Positions 36,451 through 47,160 of a DNA stretch of 64,000 nucleotides are shown piece by piece. The stretch's first letter is position 1, and every line of letters begins with the position of its first letter. The notes under the pieces are model-generated. The model searched no databases. It was not told the DNA's origin and worked only from the letters and a program-made list of their open reading frames with translations. The DNA lies in contig JABDAL010000004.1 in NCBI GenBank assembly GCA_013289165.1, positions 6,935-70,934 on the forward strand. Reading direction: 5' to 3'. Source of the stretch: Bacteroidota bacterium (GTDB taxonomy: Bacteria > Bacteroidota > Bacteroidia > JABEUT01). A program made the translations under genes and the position numbers.

Positions 36451-37959
36451 ATGAAAACAATTACATCTTTTATTTTAACTCTATTTTGTTGCTTCTCCTG
36501 TTCTTTATTTGCACAAGACATAAAGTGGGGCACCAAACAGGATGACAGCAAGTACAAGGAGGCTGATGTCGAAGGGTATAATTCCAGTGGTTTATTTATT
36601 CGAAGATACAATTCGAAGGAAAGGGAAGATGGCTATCAAATTGAAAAGATAGGGCCGGATGGAAATTCAGTGTTTATAAAAGGCCAGTTTGCTGAAGGTA
36701 ATAATGGCTCGGATAAACCTTCAACCATAGAGAAAATATTAATAATGAGGGATAATATGATATTGCTTGAACATGGTGATGTGACCTATTATGCTTATAA
36801 AATGAATTTTAATTGTGTCCTGGACCAAAAGAATGTAACTGTCGGTGATGTTGATTTTAAGATTAAATACTCCGATAAATTAATGCACTCGAATTACTAT
36901 CGTTTTCGTATTTCTTCGGATAGTACTAAATTCCTTGCTTATTATTATCCATATAAATCAAACCGGGTAACGATGAGAATTTTTGATGAAAACCTAACCG
37001 AACTAAATGACAAAACGGTAGAATTTCCTTTTGAAGGGAAAGAACTGGAAGATGCACAATGTTATTTTAACGGGGACAGGGCTATTTTTTCCATTAATCT
37101 GAAAGAGGTAAAAAAAGGGGAGCCTGACTTTTTCCTTTTTATGTATGATTTTAAATCCGGAACATTAAAACAATTAGCGCTGGATGTTGTGGCGAAGGGA
37201 AGTTCAGAAGGCGCAGGTTTTGTCTTAAAAAAAATGATGAACCATAGTGGTGATTTTATTGTGAGTACACTTTATTCAACCAGTGATTCAAAATACCCGG
37301 TCGGACTATACTATGCACGTGTAAACCATAATAGTAACGACTTTACAGTGAATGCAACTATTCCATTGCCGAAAGAAGTAATAGCTCAATTTATAGGTGA
37401 ACGAGAAGCCTCAAGCGGTAAGGGTATAAATGGATTACTTCTGAAATCAATTTATGATTGCCCGGGTGGAAGCGTTGTTTTTGGGGCTGAATTTCATAAC
37501 CCGGGCACGGTGGATTATTATGGAGCATGTTTAGTAGGAAAAATTACTCCGGATGGACAAATGGCATGGGCGAAAAAAATTGCAAAAAAACAAACAGTTA
37601 ATTATCCGTCCCCTGCGTATTCCTATTTGTGTGCAGTTTCTTCTGACAAGGTTTATGTATTCTTTAATGACCGGAAGGAAAATCTTGAATTTGACAGGGA
37701 AAAAGCAAATGAGGATGAAGGTATGCTGAAGGCAGCGTATTGCTCTCAAGATAGGGACGCCTGTTATGTAGTGATGGAAGAACTTAGTTTAACAGATGGA
37801 ACAATGAAACAAAGCTGTATTCAAAAGCCCGCCCCCGGAAATGAGTATCTTACTTTTATGCCAATGTCAAACTTCAATGGACAACTTGATGTTAGTACAT
37901 TGCTGTTGTACCGTAATCTAAAAAGCAGCTACCAATTTGGAGTTTTAAAATTAGACTAA
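36451..37959 (+). CDS. hypothetical secreted protein
   Basis: 502 aa with a signal peptide (FILTLFCCFSCSLFAQ). No family recognised. Confidence 0.6.
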   Translation: MKTITSFILTLFCCFSCSLFAQDIKWGTKQDDSKYKEADVEGYNSSGLFIRRYNSKEREDGYQIEKIGPDGNSVFIKGQFAEGNNGSDKPSTIEKILIMRDNMILLEHGDVTYYAYKMNFNCVLDQKNVTVGDVDFKIKYSDKLMHSNYYRFRISSDSTKFLAYYYPYKSNRVTMRIFDENLTELNDKTVEFPFEGKELEDAQCYFNGDRAIFSINLKEVKKGEPDFFLFMYDFKSGTLKQLALDVVAKGSSEGAGFVLKKMMNHSGDFIVSTLYSTSDSKYPVGLYYARVNHNSNDFTVNATIPLPKEVIAQFIGEREASSGKGINGLLLKSIYDCPGGSVVFGAEFHNPGTVDYYGACLVGKITPDGQMAWAKKIAKKQTVNYPSPAYSYLCAVSSDKVYVFFNDRKENLEFDREKANEDEGMLKAAYCSQDRDACYVVMEELSLTDGTMKQSCIQKPAPGNEYLTFMPMSNFNGQLDVSTLLLYRNLKSSYQFGVLKLD

Positions 37960-37977
37960 TTGGTGAATAATTAGTTT

Positions 37978-38754
37978 CTATTCTTCAAAGCTAACCATTA
38001 CGCTGTCGCCTTCTTTCAGGCCTAATAGTTCGGATAAATTGCCACGGTTAATGGCTATTTCAAGAAGCCCTGAACCATTGAACAACGCAATTAATTCGCC
38101 GCCTCCTACATCATTATACGTATTGGAAAGTTTTTCAATAGAATTTCTTTTTACATCTATAAAGAACTTGCGTGCCCTGCCTACTCTTTCAAATAAACTC
38201 TTCTCTAAATTAAAAATACAATTACCATATTCATCTATATATACTACTGACGTGCGTATGCTGCTATCATTATATATGGGTTGCCACGCGGTAAGCTGTA
38301 TGTAGTTTTTATACTCCTTACCTATTTCATTTAAACTACCGCCCTTTGCAACATGTATGGCAGCTTTTGCCATAATATCTTTTGCCGGAAATGCAAGTGA
38401 TGAAGGATTGGGAGGCAATGTGACTTCATACACTTCTGCAGGTGGATTGCTGAACACAAGGCTAAACAAGCCATTGTCAGGGCCTATGAAATAATGGTTT
38501 TCTGTTTTTATTGCCAACACACGTGAATGTGGGCTATTTAAAGCATCTACGGAAACAATATGAATAGTATTATCCGCAAACTGCCTGTAAACATTGCGTA
38601 CTACAAACGCTGCTGAACTAACATGAAAAGGGCGAATGGAATGTGTAATATCAATTATAGAAGCATCCGGCAAATCTTTTATAATAGCAGCTTTCACGCT
38701 TGCCACATAAAAACCGGAATTACCCATGTCAGTGGTTAATGTTATTACCGGCAC
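37978..38754 (-). CDS. SAM hydrolase / SAM hydroxide adenosyltransferase family protein (DUF62)
   Basis: 258 aa. N-terminal ITLTTDMG..GFYVASVKAAI...IIDITHSI, typical of this family. Confidence 0.8.
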   Translation of the reverse strand: MPVITLTTDMGNSGFYVASVKAAIIKDLPDASIIDITHSIRPFHVSSAAFVVRNVYRQFADNTIHIVSVDALNSPHSRVLAIKTENHYFIGPDNGLFSLVFSNPPAEVYEVTLPPNPSSLAFPAKDIMAKAAIHVAKGGSLNEIGKEYKNYIQLTAWQPIYNDSSIRTSVVYIDEYGNCIFNLEKSLFERVGRARKFFIDVKRNSIEKLSNTYNDVGGGELIALFNGSGLLEIAINRGNLSELLGLKEGDSVMVSFEE

Positions 38755-39048
38755 AAATACAATTTTTGAATGTTAAGAGTTGAACGTTGAATAATAGGAA
38801 GCAACAGGAAATACTTTGTGCTTCTTACTATTAAATATTTGTTAAGCATTTGCATTTTTACCGGCAGTTTTTAAACCAATTATAAATATGTTTGTTGAGT
38901 ATGCGAAAATAAAATCCTCTAAAGTTACATGATTAATGCTACATAGTTAAAATTAACATTTGCTTCATTTTACGCTCAACTCACAAACTCCAATAGTTAA
39001 TGTTTAAATCTTTTTATAAGCTTCAAAATTAATCATTCTGTCCTTGTC

Positions 39049-39056
39049 TATATTTG
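39049..39056 (+). promoter_or_regulatory. candidate -7 promoter box (TATATTTG) for phoH
   Basis: TAnnTTTG match 20 nt upstream of the ATG at 39077. Confidence 0.45.
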
Positions 39057-39076
39057 CAACATAATACAATACATAC

Positions 39077-40036
39077 ATGCCTGAAAAAGATATTTTTATT
39101 GAGGACATCCCTCTGATTGAACTGTATGGCATTAACGACTCCCGGATGGAAATCATCAAGGAGCATTTTCCAAAACTGAAAATTGTTGCAAGAGGCGATT
39201 CCCTGAGAATATCGGGCTCGCATGAAAGCATTGAAGGTTTTACGAAAAAAATAATGCGCATACAGGAACATTACCGCAAATATGGCTTTTTACACGATTC
39301 GGATGTGGAAAGAATAATGCAAACTGAACCTTCCGACACGTCGCATGAAAGTAGCGATAACCATATTATTGTATATGGAAACAATGGGCTGGTAGTAAAA
39401 GCCCGCACCATCAACCAGCAGAAAATGGTGGAAGCCAGCATGAAAAATGACTTGGTATTTGCCGTTGGCCCGGCAGGTACAGGAAAAACATATACTGCAG
39501 TGGCATTAGCCGTAAGGGCGTTAAAGAATAAAGAGGTGCGAAAAATTATTCTTACACGTCCTGCAGTGGAAGCCGGCGAAAGCCTTGGTTTCCTTCCCGG
39601 CGACCTGAAAGAAAAATTAGATCCATACTTGCAGCCTTTATATGATGCATTGTACGATATGCTTCCCGGGGAGAAGCTGCACACCTACCTGGAAAATAAA
39701 ATAATTGAAGTGGCTCCGCTTGCCTTTATGCGTGGAAGAACCCTTAACAATGCATTTGTAATATTGGATGAGGGACAAAACACGACCGAAAGCCAAATGA
39801 AGATGTTCCTTACACGGATGGGTAGCTCGGCCAAGTTTATTGTTACAGGTGATACTACTCAAACTGACCTTCCTTTTAAGCAACCATCAGGACTTATTCA
39901 TGCCATACAAATATTTGAAAATGTTCCCGGCATTGAAATTATTCTCTTGGATGCATCAGACGTTGTAAGGCATAAATTAGTAAGAAAGATTTTGAGTGTT
40001 TACGCCGAACCGAGGAAGAAAAAGACAGCAGAATAA
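39077..40036 (+). CDS. phoH: PhoH-family ATPase
   Basis: 319 aa. GPAGTGKTYTAVA, ILTRPAVEAGE.LGFLPGD, FVILDEGQN. Confidence 0.9.
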   Translation: MPEKDIFIEDIPLIELYGINDSRMEIIKEHFPKLKIVARGDSLRISGSHESIEGFTKKIMRIQEHYRKYGFLHDSDVERIMQTEPSDTSHESSDNHIIVYGNNGLVVKARTINQQKMVEASMKNDLVFAVGPAGTGKTYTAVALAVRALKNKEVRKIILTRPAVEAGESLGFLPGDLKEKLDPYLQPLYDALYDMLPGEKLHTYLENKIIEVAPLAFMRGRTLNNAFVILDEGQNTTESQMKMFLTRMGSSAKFIVTGDTTQTDLPFKQPSGLIHAIQIFENVPGIEIILLDASDVVRHKLVRKILSVYAEPRKKKTAE

Positions 40037-40100
40037 AGGCAGGTTAATAAGTTGTGTATTTTAATGATGAATTATTCCCATTGGATTATTGGGCTTCCTA

Positions 40101-40108
40101 TATATTTG
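40101..40108 (+). promoter_or_regulatory. candidate -7 promoter box (TATATTTG) for purC
   Basis: TAnnTTTG match 20 nt upstream of the ATG at 40129. Confidence 0.45.
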
Positions 40109-40128
40109 CCATATAAATTTACAAACTC

Positions 40129-41091
40129 ATGCAAACTTTAACATCCACCCATTTTAATTTTCCCGGCCAAAAGAGCTTCTATAAAGGGAAAGTTCGCGAC
40201 GTATACAATATTAATGATGAACTTTTAGTAGTTGTTGTAAGTGACCGTATATCGGCATTCGATGTGGTACTTCCCAAAGGAATTCCATACAAAGGGCAGG
40301 TACTTAACCAAATTGCCGCCCACTTTATGAAGGAAACATCTGATATTGTCCCTAATTGGATTATTGATGTCCCTCACCCTATGGTAAGTGTAGGAAGACT
40401 ATGCCAGCCATTTAAAGTGGAGATGGTAATACGTGGTTACCTTTCCGGCCATGCCTGGAGGGAATATAAATCGGGCAAAAGAGAAATTTGCGGAGTTCGC
40501 TTGCCCGAGGGTTTACATGAGAATGATAAATTCCGTGAACCACTCATTACTCCTACCACAAAAGCGGATGAGGGGCATGATGAAGATATTTCGAAGGAAG
40601 ATATTATCAAGCGCTCATTGGTTTCGAAAGAATACTATGAACAACTGGAGCAGTATACCCGGTTACTATTTAAGAGAGGTACTGAAATGGCAGCCAAGCA
40701 GGGTTTGATATTAGTTGACACCAAATATGAATTTGGCTTGCACAATGGTAAGATATACCTTATTGATGAAGTCCATACACCTGATTCCTCCCGTTATTTC
40801 TATTCGGAAGGATATGAGGAGCGCCAAAAGAACAAACAGCCCCAACGGCAATTATCGAAAGAGTTTTTACGTGAATGGTTAATTGAAAAAGGATTCCAGG
40901 GACTGGAAGGCCAGCAGGTTCCGAATATGGAGGATGAAATTGTGGATGCCGTATCAAACCGTTATATTGAACTCTTTGATAAAATCACAGGCACCAAGTT
41001 TATACCTTCATCTGGCAACGACCACCTTGAGTCAGAAATTGAAAATAGCGTTGTTCAGTACTTGAATGAGAAAGCCACAGTGAAGGCTTAA
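40129..41091 (+). CDS. purC: phosphoribosylaminoimidazole-succinocarboxamide (SAICAR) synthase
   Basis: 320 aa. [27 protein letters not shown]. Confidence 0.9.
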   Translation: MQTLTSTHFNFPGQKSFYKGKVRDVYNINDELLVVVVSDRISAFDVVLPKGIPYKGQVLNQIAAHFMKETSDIVPNWIIDVPHPMVSVGRLCQPFKVEMVIRGYLSGHAWREYKSGKREICGVRLPEGLHENDKFREPLITPTTKADEGHDEDISKEDIIKRSLVSKEYYEQLEQYTRLLFKRGTEMAAKQGLILVDTKYEFGLHNGKIYLIDEVHTPDSSRYFYSEGYEERQKNKQPQRQLSKEFLREWLIEKGFQGLEGQQVPNMEDEIVDAVSNRYIELFDKITGTKFIPSSGNDHLESEIENSVVQYLNEKATVKA

Positions 41092-41146
41092 GATTTGAAG
41101 TTTTCTGTCTGTCGGAAATTCATATAACAACTCTCCCAAAATTAAC

Positions 41147-41515
41147 TCACCAAACATTCTTTAAATCTTCAGCAGTATACTCATGCTCCCTTGTAATATA
41201 ATATGAATCGGAGTCGGAATCAGCTTTGAGCAATGTATTTTTCTTAAACAACCGGGACGCAAATGCAAGTGGAATCAGAATAATAAAAAATATTACTGTA
41301 AGCAGTATATATGAGTTGATGGTACCAAGCACATGGATAAGCCCGGTCCATCCCCGGAAAAGCAACCCGGCAATAAAAGGTATATACAGTGCTATTATTG
41401 AAATACAAAAGGCAACATAAACAAATACTACCTTTTTAGTAATAAGAAAAACGAGTAGAAAGCCTACCACAAGTGTGACAAGAGACTTTAGCTTTTCCAC
41501 TTTTTCAGTTGTCAT
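41147..41515 (-). CDS. SxtJ-like small membrane protein
   Basis: 122 aa with three TM helices. Last gene of the carbamoyltransferase operon, the position and size of SxtJ-family proteins. Confidence 0.65.
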   Translation of the reverse strand: MTTEKVEKLKSLVTLVVGFLLVFLITKKVVFVYVAFCISIIALYIPFIAGLLFRGWTGLIHVLGTINSYILLTVIFFIILIPLAFASRLFKKNTLLKADSDSDSYYITREHEYTAEDLKNVW

Positions 41516-41524
41516 GGCGCTGTT

Positions 41525-41665
41525 TTAAAAAAGTGTATAGATAAACGGGGCAATAGCGCCGATTGCCAACACCACACCAATTAACAGTAATACAATAATA
41601 AGCGGTACAAGCCACCATTTTTTACGCTGTTTTAAAAATTTAAATAAATCCCCTACAAATGCCAT
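41525..41665 (-). CDS. SxtK-like / DUF5989-type 46 aa membrane peptide (absent from the ORF track, below its size cut-off)
   Basis: Hand-translated: MAFVGDLFKFLKQRKKWWLVPLIIVLLLIGVVLAIGAIAPFIYTLF. The KKWWL.P.I..LLL and APFIYTLF ending match my memory of this family. Confidence 0.7.
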   Translation of the reverse strand: MAFVGDLFKFLKQRKKWWLVPLIIVLLLIGVVLAIGAIAPFIYTLF

Positions 41666-41687
41666 CAATACTGATATTTAATATATA

Positions 41688-43553
41688 TTAGTCTAATACA
41701 AATTCTTCCTTCCAACTTTTTTTTTCTTCCCATTTGGGTTGCTCTTGCTTCTTGTAAAGATAATTATTTATCACAAGGTAGTCCATTTCAGTACGCATGA
41801 AGCATCGGTAGGCATCATCGGGAGTACATACAATAGGTTCTCCACGCACATTAAAACTGGTATTTACGATTACTGAGCTTCCCGTATGTTTTTTAAAGGC
41901 AACAATTAGCTCCCAATAGCGGGGATTAGTTTCTTTATGCACGGTTTGAATTCTTGCAGAAAAATCAACATGAGTGACAGCAGGCAAATCAGAACGCTTG
42001 CAGTAAAGTTTTTCTTTTACAGAAAGCGAAGAATAATTTTCAGGAACAACCTCACGCCTTGCTTCTGTAATATCTTCCACCAATAGCATATACGGTGAAA
42101 TACCTTTTAATTTGAAATATTGAGCAGCATCCTCTGCTAATACTGAGGGGGCAAACGGGCGAAATGATTCCCTGTATTTAATTTTCAGATTTAATTTTTT
42201 TTGCATTTCAGGATTGCGTGCATCTCCTATAATGCTCCTCGCGCCCAAAGCCCTCGGCCCAAATTCCATTCTTCCCTGGAACCAACCTATCACATTGCCT
42301 TCTGCGATTAAGCGGGCTGTTTCTTCAGCGAGTTCGCTATACTTTTCAAAATACTTGTACGCTGCTTTATTTTTCCGGGACATAGTTACTACTTCTTCAT
42401 TTGAGAAAGAAGGCCCCAGGTAGCTGCCCTTCAAGGCGTCATTTTCATTTGTTACTTTTCTTTCTTCTTCAAAGTAGATATGATGTGCTGCCAATGCCGC
42501 TCCGGGAGCCCCGCCGGCATCACCTGCAGCAGGCTGAATAAAAACATCTTTAAATATACCGGTGTTAATTAATTTACCATTTGCCACGCAATTCAATGCA
42601 ACTCCGCCTGCAAGGCACAAATAATCTGCTCCGGTAAGCTTTTTAGCTTCCTGTGCCATTTTAATCACAATTTCTTCCGTTACCTGCTGAATGGCAAGGC
42701 CCAAGTTACAATGATGGAGTTGTATTTCTTCACCCGGCTTACGTTTCGGAAAGCCCCATAATTTTGCCCATTGGATATCGTTCACCATCGTAAGTCCGGA
42801 AGCATAATTAAAATATTCCTGGTTCATCCAAACAGAGCCGTCCGCTTTTATATCAGTAAGCTCTTTCTTTATTTTCGAAACAAAATCATGAACCTGCTTA
42901 TCATTCGCATTTCCGTATGGAGCCAGCCCCATAAGCTTATATTCTCCCGAATTAACCTTAAATCCAAGGAAATAAGTAAACGCAGAATAAAGCAACCCAA
43001 CCGAATGCGGAAAACGGAGTTCCTTTAAAACAGCAATTTTCTTTCCTTCGCCTTTGCATATAGAAGCTGTAGCCCATTCCCCTACCCCATCTATCGTAAG
43101 TATCGCAGCTTTCTCAAAAGATGATGGATAAAAAGCACTGGCAGCGTGGGACAAGTGATGTTCAGGAAAAAGTAATTGGATTTTTTTCTTATCAAAATCT
43201 TCCACCATTGAAAGACTGTCATAAATAAGTTTTTTAAGAAAAAGTTTTTCTTTTATCCATACAGGCATTGCGGTAATAAACGACTGCAACCCTTTGGGAG
43301 CAAAAGCATAATAGGTTTCCAGAAGCCGTTCAAATTTGAGAAAAGGCTTATCATAGAAGGCAATTGCATCCAGTTCATTCAAGGAAAGGCCGGAATTTTG
43401 CAGACAATATTTAACCGCATTTACAGGAAAGGCCGGGTCATGTTTCTTTCTTGTAAACCGCTCCTCCTGGGCAGCAGCAGTAATAATGCCATCCTGAACT
43501 ATAGCCGCTGCAGAATCATGATAAAATGCTGAAATGCCTAATATATTTTTCAC
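41688..43553 (-). CDS. NodU/CmcH-family carbamoyltransferase
   Basis: 621 aa with a GTG start. ILGISAFYHDSAAA, HHLSHAASAFY, CLAGGVALNCVANG, and a C-terminal carbamoyltransferase domain (NTSFNVRGEPIV). Confidence 0.9.
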   Translation of the reverse strand: MKNILGISAFYHDSAAAIVQDGIITAAAQEERFTRKKHDPAFPVNAVKYCLQNSGLSLNELDAIAFYDKPFLKFERLLETYYAFAPKGLQSFITAMPVWIKEKLFLKKLIYDSLSMVEDFDKKKIQLLFPEHHLSHAASAFYPSSFEKAAILTIDGVGEWATASICKGEGKKIAVLKELRFPHSVGLLYSAFTYFLGFKVNSGEYKLMGLAPYGNANDKQVHDFVSKIKKELTDIKADGSVWMNQEYFNYASGLTMVNDIQWAKLWGFPKRKPGEEIQLHHCNLGLAIQQVTEEIVIKMAQEAKKLTGADYLCLAGGVALNCVANGKLINTGIFKDVFIQPAAGDAGGAPGAALAAHHIYFEEERKVTNENDALKGSYLGPSFSNEEVVTMSRKNKAAYKYFEKYSELAEETARLIAEGNVIGWFQGRMEFGPRALGARSIIGDARNPEMQKKLNLKIKYRESFRPFAPSVLAEDAAQYFKLKGISPYMLLVEDITEARREVVPENYSSLSVKEKLYCKRSDLPAVTHVDFSARIQTVHKETNPRYWELIVAFKKHTGSSVIVNTSFNVRGEPIVCTPDDAYRCFMRTEMDYLVINNYLYKKQEQPKWEEKKSWKEEFVLD

Positions 43554-44716
43554 TGTGCAGGTAGTACTCTATCAGTTTTAGTAAAAGTAGGGTATTTGTG
43601 ACTAAGGTATGGTATAAGTTCATCGCTTAAGACTCCCGCAAATTTTCTTGCACCCGGATTTACATAATGAATAAAATCATAGTAATAGGTAGAATTTTTA
43701 GGGAACTTGCTTGCCATATCTATTACAAAACAATTGTTTTCCTTACCTGTTTCAATAGTTTGCTTATTGAAAAGCTGCAAAACGGCCCAATATTCTTTTC
43801 CGTTCCAGCCGGGGCCTGCTTCTGCAACTCCATTATATGCTGTAGAAACCGTTGCAAGATTTATATGTGTAGCGCTATCTATTCCAAACCCCGCCAACGA
43901 AGGTTGGGTAACAAGTATGGGCTCGATGTTATTGTCTCTGCATGTTTTTATTATTTTTTCTAACCGAGATTTATATCCCGGAATCAACGCTTGTTGCTTT
44001 AAAATTTCCTTATTAATTACGCTATCGGACAATGAAAACGTGTCGCGGGTTGCAAATTCCATATATTTATTTCCAAGATTTAATTTTTGTGCTGCACGAC
44101 TTCTCATATAATTTACAAATAAGTTAACCACTTCACTATTTCTCATAATCCATGTTCTCCAGTTCGCATTTTGAGCGATCAGATTTCCCTGTTCCTTACC
44201 TATATCTTCCCGGCTTACATCGTTTGCCCCGACCAAAAAAATAATGACTTTGGGTTTTAACGTAACCACAAAATCATCCAGCAGCATCTGGTGCCCAAAA
44301 GTGGAAGCACCATCAATGCCTGCATTATTAAGCCACTCATTATTAAAATTTTCTTTTAAACGCTTGTCCAACAAATATGACCATGTATATTCATCGGACA
44401 GCAAGGAACAGGCGGTAGTGCTTCCTCCTATAGTAAGAATAGTTAGCTCTTTATTGAAATCTTTTGGTTTTTCCGCCCCCCGGAAACCGATAGCATTTTT
44501 AGTACAAGTTACTTCAGCGTCGAGCTTCGGACAGTTTGTATTATAGGTATGATACACCATATTCACGGGCAATACAAGCTTATTGCCTTTAATGGTGAAG
44601 TAAAATGGATGGAAGATCCGAAGGATTATCTCGAGAGCAAAGAATGTAAAAAGAAGTAAAAAAAGAGCATAGAGCAGATTCGAGGGAGAAAATATTTTAC
44701 GAAATGAAAACTTCAT
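43550..44716 (-). CDS. membrane-anchored SGNH/GDSL-type hydrolase or acyltransferase-like protein
   Basis: 388 aa with an N-terminal TM helix. SGNH blocks IGGSTT (I), NAGIDGAS (II), VGANDV (III), DFIH (V). The stop overlaps the carbamoyltransferase GTG by 4 nt. Confidence 0.65.
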   Translation of the reverse strand: MKFSFRKIFSPSNLLYALFLLLFTFFALEIILRIFHPFYFTIKGNKLVLPVNMVYHTYNTNCPKLDAEVTCTKNAIGFRGAEKPKDFNKELTILTIGGSTTACSLLSDEYTWSYLLDKRLKENFNNEWLNNAGIDGASTFGHQMLLDDFVVTLKPKVIIFLVGANDVSREDIGKEQGNLIAQNANWRTWIMRNSEVVNLFVNYMRSRAAQKLNLGNKYMEFATRDTFSLSDSVINKEILKQQALIPGYKSRLEKIIKTCRDNNIEPILVTQPSLAGFGIDSATHINLATVSTAYNGVAEAGPGWNGKEYWAVLQLFNKQTIETGKENNCFVIDMASKFPKNSTYYYDFIHYVNPGARKFAGVLSDELIPYLSHKYPTFTKTDRVLPAQ

Positions 44717-44750
44717 GAATTGCTTATTACATTTCTATTTTTAATGCGTT

Positions 44751-44758
44751 CAAAAATA
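44751..44758 (-). promoter_or_regulatory. candidate -7 promoter box (TATTTTTG) for the SGNH-carbamoyltransferase operon
   Basis: TAnnTTTG match on the minus strand, 34 nt upstream of the ATG at 44716. Confidence 0.4.
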
Positions 44759-44805
44759 ATTCTTTTGTGTTACCTGTTAAAGAATATTTATCCCAATTAA
44801 GTACC

Positions 44806-44835
44806 AAATAAAAAGCCCTACTTTAGGGTAGGGCT
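44806..44835 (-). terminator. rho-independent terminator of rpsP
   Basis: Perfect 8 bp stem AGCCCTAC/GTAGGGCT (44814-21 / 44828-35). On the minus strand it is followed by TTTTATTT. It lies 24 nt after the rpsP stop. Confidence 0.65.
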
Positions 44836-44858
44836 CTTTATACCTTTTAAAATTACTT

Positions 44859-45386
44859 TTATGCTTGTCCGCCTTCAGTGGTTTCGTTAGTGGCCTCTTG
44901 TATAGCTGCAACAGTAGCCTCGGTAGCGGCTGTTTTTTTATCAGAAATAGCTTTTGCCCTTGCATCTCTAACAGCTTTTTCAGCTTCGTAGCGCTTGGTA
45001 TAGACTTCTTTATGAGCAGATTCTTTCTTTTCTTTAAAAGCGGATATGGATTTTATCTTTTGGCTTTCCCATGCTACAAACTTTGTATCGGCATCTTCTT
45101 TCGAAAATAAGCCCTTTTTAACGCCTCTCAACAAATGTTTTTTATAAATAATTCCTTTATCGGAAAGTAGGTTGCGGCAGGTATCTGATGGAACAGCACC
45201 TTTCTCAAGCCATTCCAGGGTCTTTTCGCTGTTTAATATAATCCCGTCGTGTTCAAATTTAGGGTCATAGGTTCCGAGCCTTTCTACATATCTTCCATCG
45301 CGGGGAGAACGTGAATCAGCAACTACAATATGATAGAAAGGTTGTTTCTTTTTTCCTTGTCTTTGTAAGCGAATTTTTAATGGCAT
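44859..45386 (-). CDS. rpsP: 30S ribosomal protein S16 with a C-terminal extension
   Basis: MPLKIRLQRQGKKKQPFYHIVVADSRSPRDGR..GTYDP, then about 90 extra Lys/Glu/Ala-rich residues. Confidence 0.9.
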   Translation of the reverse strand: MPLKIRLQRQGKKKQPFYHIVVADSRSPRDGRYVERLGTYDPKFEHDGIILNSEKTLEWLEKGAVPSDTCRNLLSDKGIIYKKHLLRGVKKGLFSKEDADTKFVAWESQKIKSISAFKEKKESAHKEVYTKRYEAEKAVRDARAKAISDKKTAATEATVAAIQEATNETTEGGQA

Positions 45387-45414
45387 CTGTTCAGTTTTGT
45401 TTTTTAAAGGGGTG

Positions 45415-45422
45415 CAAATATA
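45415..45422 (-). promoter_or_regulatory. candidate -7 promoter box (TATATTTG) for rpsP
   Basis: TAnnTTTG match on the minus strand, 28 nt upstream of the ATG at 45386. Confidence 0.45.
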
Positions 45423-45493
45423 GAAAAAAAATATAAATATTGAGTTTTAAGTGTTGAATTATTTAATTGAACCCAAACAAAAATCAATCTCCC

Positions 45494-47005
45494 TTACCGG
45501 CTATAATTGGGTGCCTCGCTGGTAATAAATATATCGTGGGGGTGGCTTTCTGCCATGCCGGCCGGGGATACCCGTATAAATTTGGCTTTCTGAAGGGAGG
45601 CAATATCTTTTGCGCCACAGTAGCCCATACCGGCCCTCAAACCGCCAACCAATTGGTAAATAACCTCTGCCATAGTACCTTTATAAGGAACCCTTCCTGA
45701 AATACCTTCCGGAACCAGCTTTTTAATATCATCTTCGGCATCCTGGAAATAACGGTCCTTCGAGCCGTGCTGCATAGCCTCTAGCGAACCCATGCCCCGG
45801 TAGGTTTTAAATCTCCTGCCTTCATAAATAATCGTTTCACCGGGCGATTCTTCCACGCCGGCAAATAAAGAGCCTATCATAACAGAAGCAGCTCCGGCAG
45901 CAATAGCTTTGGCTATGTCTCCCGTATAACGTATTCCTCCATCGGCAATTACAGGAATATTAGAATTATATTCTTTCAAGGCATTTGCCACATTATATAC
46001 TGCTGTCAGTTGAGGCACTCCAATACCCGCAATTATCCGGGTGGTGCATATAGAACCGGGGCCGATACCTACTTTTATAGCATCTATATCGGCTTTTGCA
46101 AGAGCAATAGCAGCTTCCGCAGTAGCCACATTTCCTCCTACAATATCCAAGTTAGGGAATTTATTCTTTAATTTCTTGACTTCTTCCAATACTTTTTTCG
46201 AATGGCCATGGGCCGTATCCACCACAATGGCATCTACCCCTGCTTTCACCAGCGCTTCTGCCCGTTGAAGCATATCGGCAGTGATACCCACAGCAGCGGC
46301 TACTCTTAACCTGCCATACTTATCTTTACAAGCACTCGGGTGGAGATGGATCTTTTGTATATCTTTATAAGTGATCAGGCCTACAAGCTTCCCATCGCCA
46401 TCTATTACCGGGAGTTTTTCAATTTTATATTTGTCTAAAATTTGTTCTGCTTTACTTAAATCAGTTCCGGCCTTAGCAGTAATAATATGGTCTTTGGTCA
46501 TTACCTCTTTAATACTACGGTTCATGTTTTTCTCGAAACGAAGGTCCCTGTTGGTAACAATACCTACTAACCTGTTTTTGGAACTAACTACCGGAATACC
46601 TCCTATTTTATTTGTCTTCATGAGCTTAAGGGCATCCCCCACCTTGGCTGTCTCTAACACTGTAATAGGATCCTGGATCATGCCGCTCTCATATCGCTTT
46701 ACCCGCCTCACCTGTTCAGCTTGTTGCAGAATGGTCATATTTTTGTGCAATACTCCTATACCCCCCTCGCCGGCAATGGCAATAGCCATACTGTATTCAG
46801 TAACAGTATCCATGGCAGCACTAACAATGGGAGCATAAATAGGTATGTTTCTGCTAAATCGAGAAACTATGTTAGTTTCTCTCGGAAGTACATCAGAATA
46901 AGCAGGAACCAGAAGAACATCATCGTATGTTAACCCTTCTTCTGTAAATTTATCATCGTATGATTTCACAACAAAACTTTCGCAAATGTAAAGAAAATAA
47001 TCCAC
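45494..47005 (-). CDS. guaB: IMP dehydrogenase
   Basis: [10 protein letters not shown], tandem CBS domains, [19 protein letters not shown]. The N-terminal 10-15 residues are uncertain; an internal GTG/TTG start is possible. Confidence 0.9.
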   Translation of the reverse strand: MDYFLYICESFVVKSYDDKFTEEGLTYDDVLLVPAYSDVLPRETNIVSRFSRNIPIYAPIVSAAMDTVTEYSMAIAIAGEGGIGVLHKNMTILQQAEQVRRVKRYESGMIQDPITVLETAKVGDALKLMKTNKIGGIPVVSSKNRLVGIVTNRDLRFEKNMNRSIKEVMTKDHIITAKAGTDLSKAEQILDKYKIEKLPVIDGDGKLVGLITYKDIQKIHLHPSACKDKYGRLRVAAAVGITADMLQRAEALVKAGVDAIVVDTAHGHSKKVLEEVKKLKNKFPNLDIVGGNVATAEAAIALAKADIDAIKVGIGPGSICTTRIIAGIGVPQLTAVYNVANALKEYNSNIPVIADGGIRYTGDIAKAIAAGAASVMIGSLFAGVEESPGETIIYEGRRFKTYRGMGSLEAMQHGSKDRYFQDAEDDIKKLVPEGISGRVPYKGTMAEVIYQLVGGLRAGMGYCGAKDIASLQKAKFIRVSPAGMAESHPHDIFITSEAPNYSR

Positions 47006-47042
47006 CCGGTGGTTTTTTTAAATAGTTGCTCAGAAAAAAAAC

Positions 47043-47050
47043 TATATTTG
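47043..47050 (+). promoter_or_regulatory. candidate -7 promoter box (TATATTTG)
   Basis: TAnnTTTG match 110 nt upstream of the ATG at 47161. The leader is long, so confidence is lower. Confidence 0.3.
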
Positions 47051-47160
47051 CAACATTTTTATAGAATTTCAAATAAAGAACAGACTACCATTTTAATCAC
47101 CCCTGAAATGTGTTTTTCTCATTGTTTAATCTTTTAACATATTAAATCTAAACTATTGAA

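Noticed and set aside
41147-43553. Saxitoxin or other toxin biosynthesis, suggested by the SxtI/J/K-like genes
   Set aside because: No other sxt-type genes (PKS-like sxtA, amidinotransferase, cyclases) are present. The trio is known to occur widely outside toxin clusters.
44777-44965. 62-aa minus-strand ORF spanning the rpsP 3' end and terminator
   Set aside because: It overlaps the rpsP coding end out of frame and runs through the terminator hairpin. There is no independent support for it.
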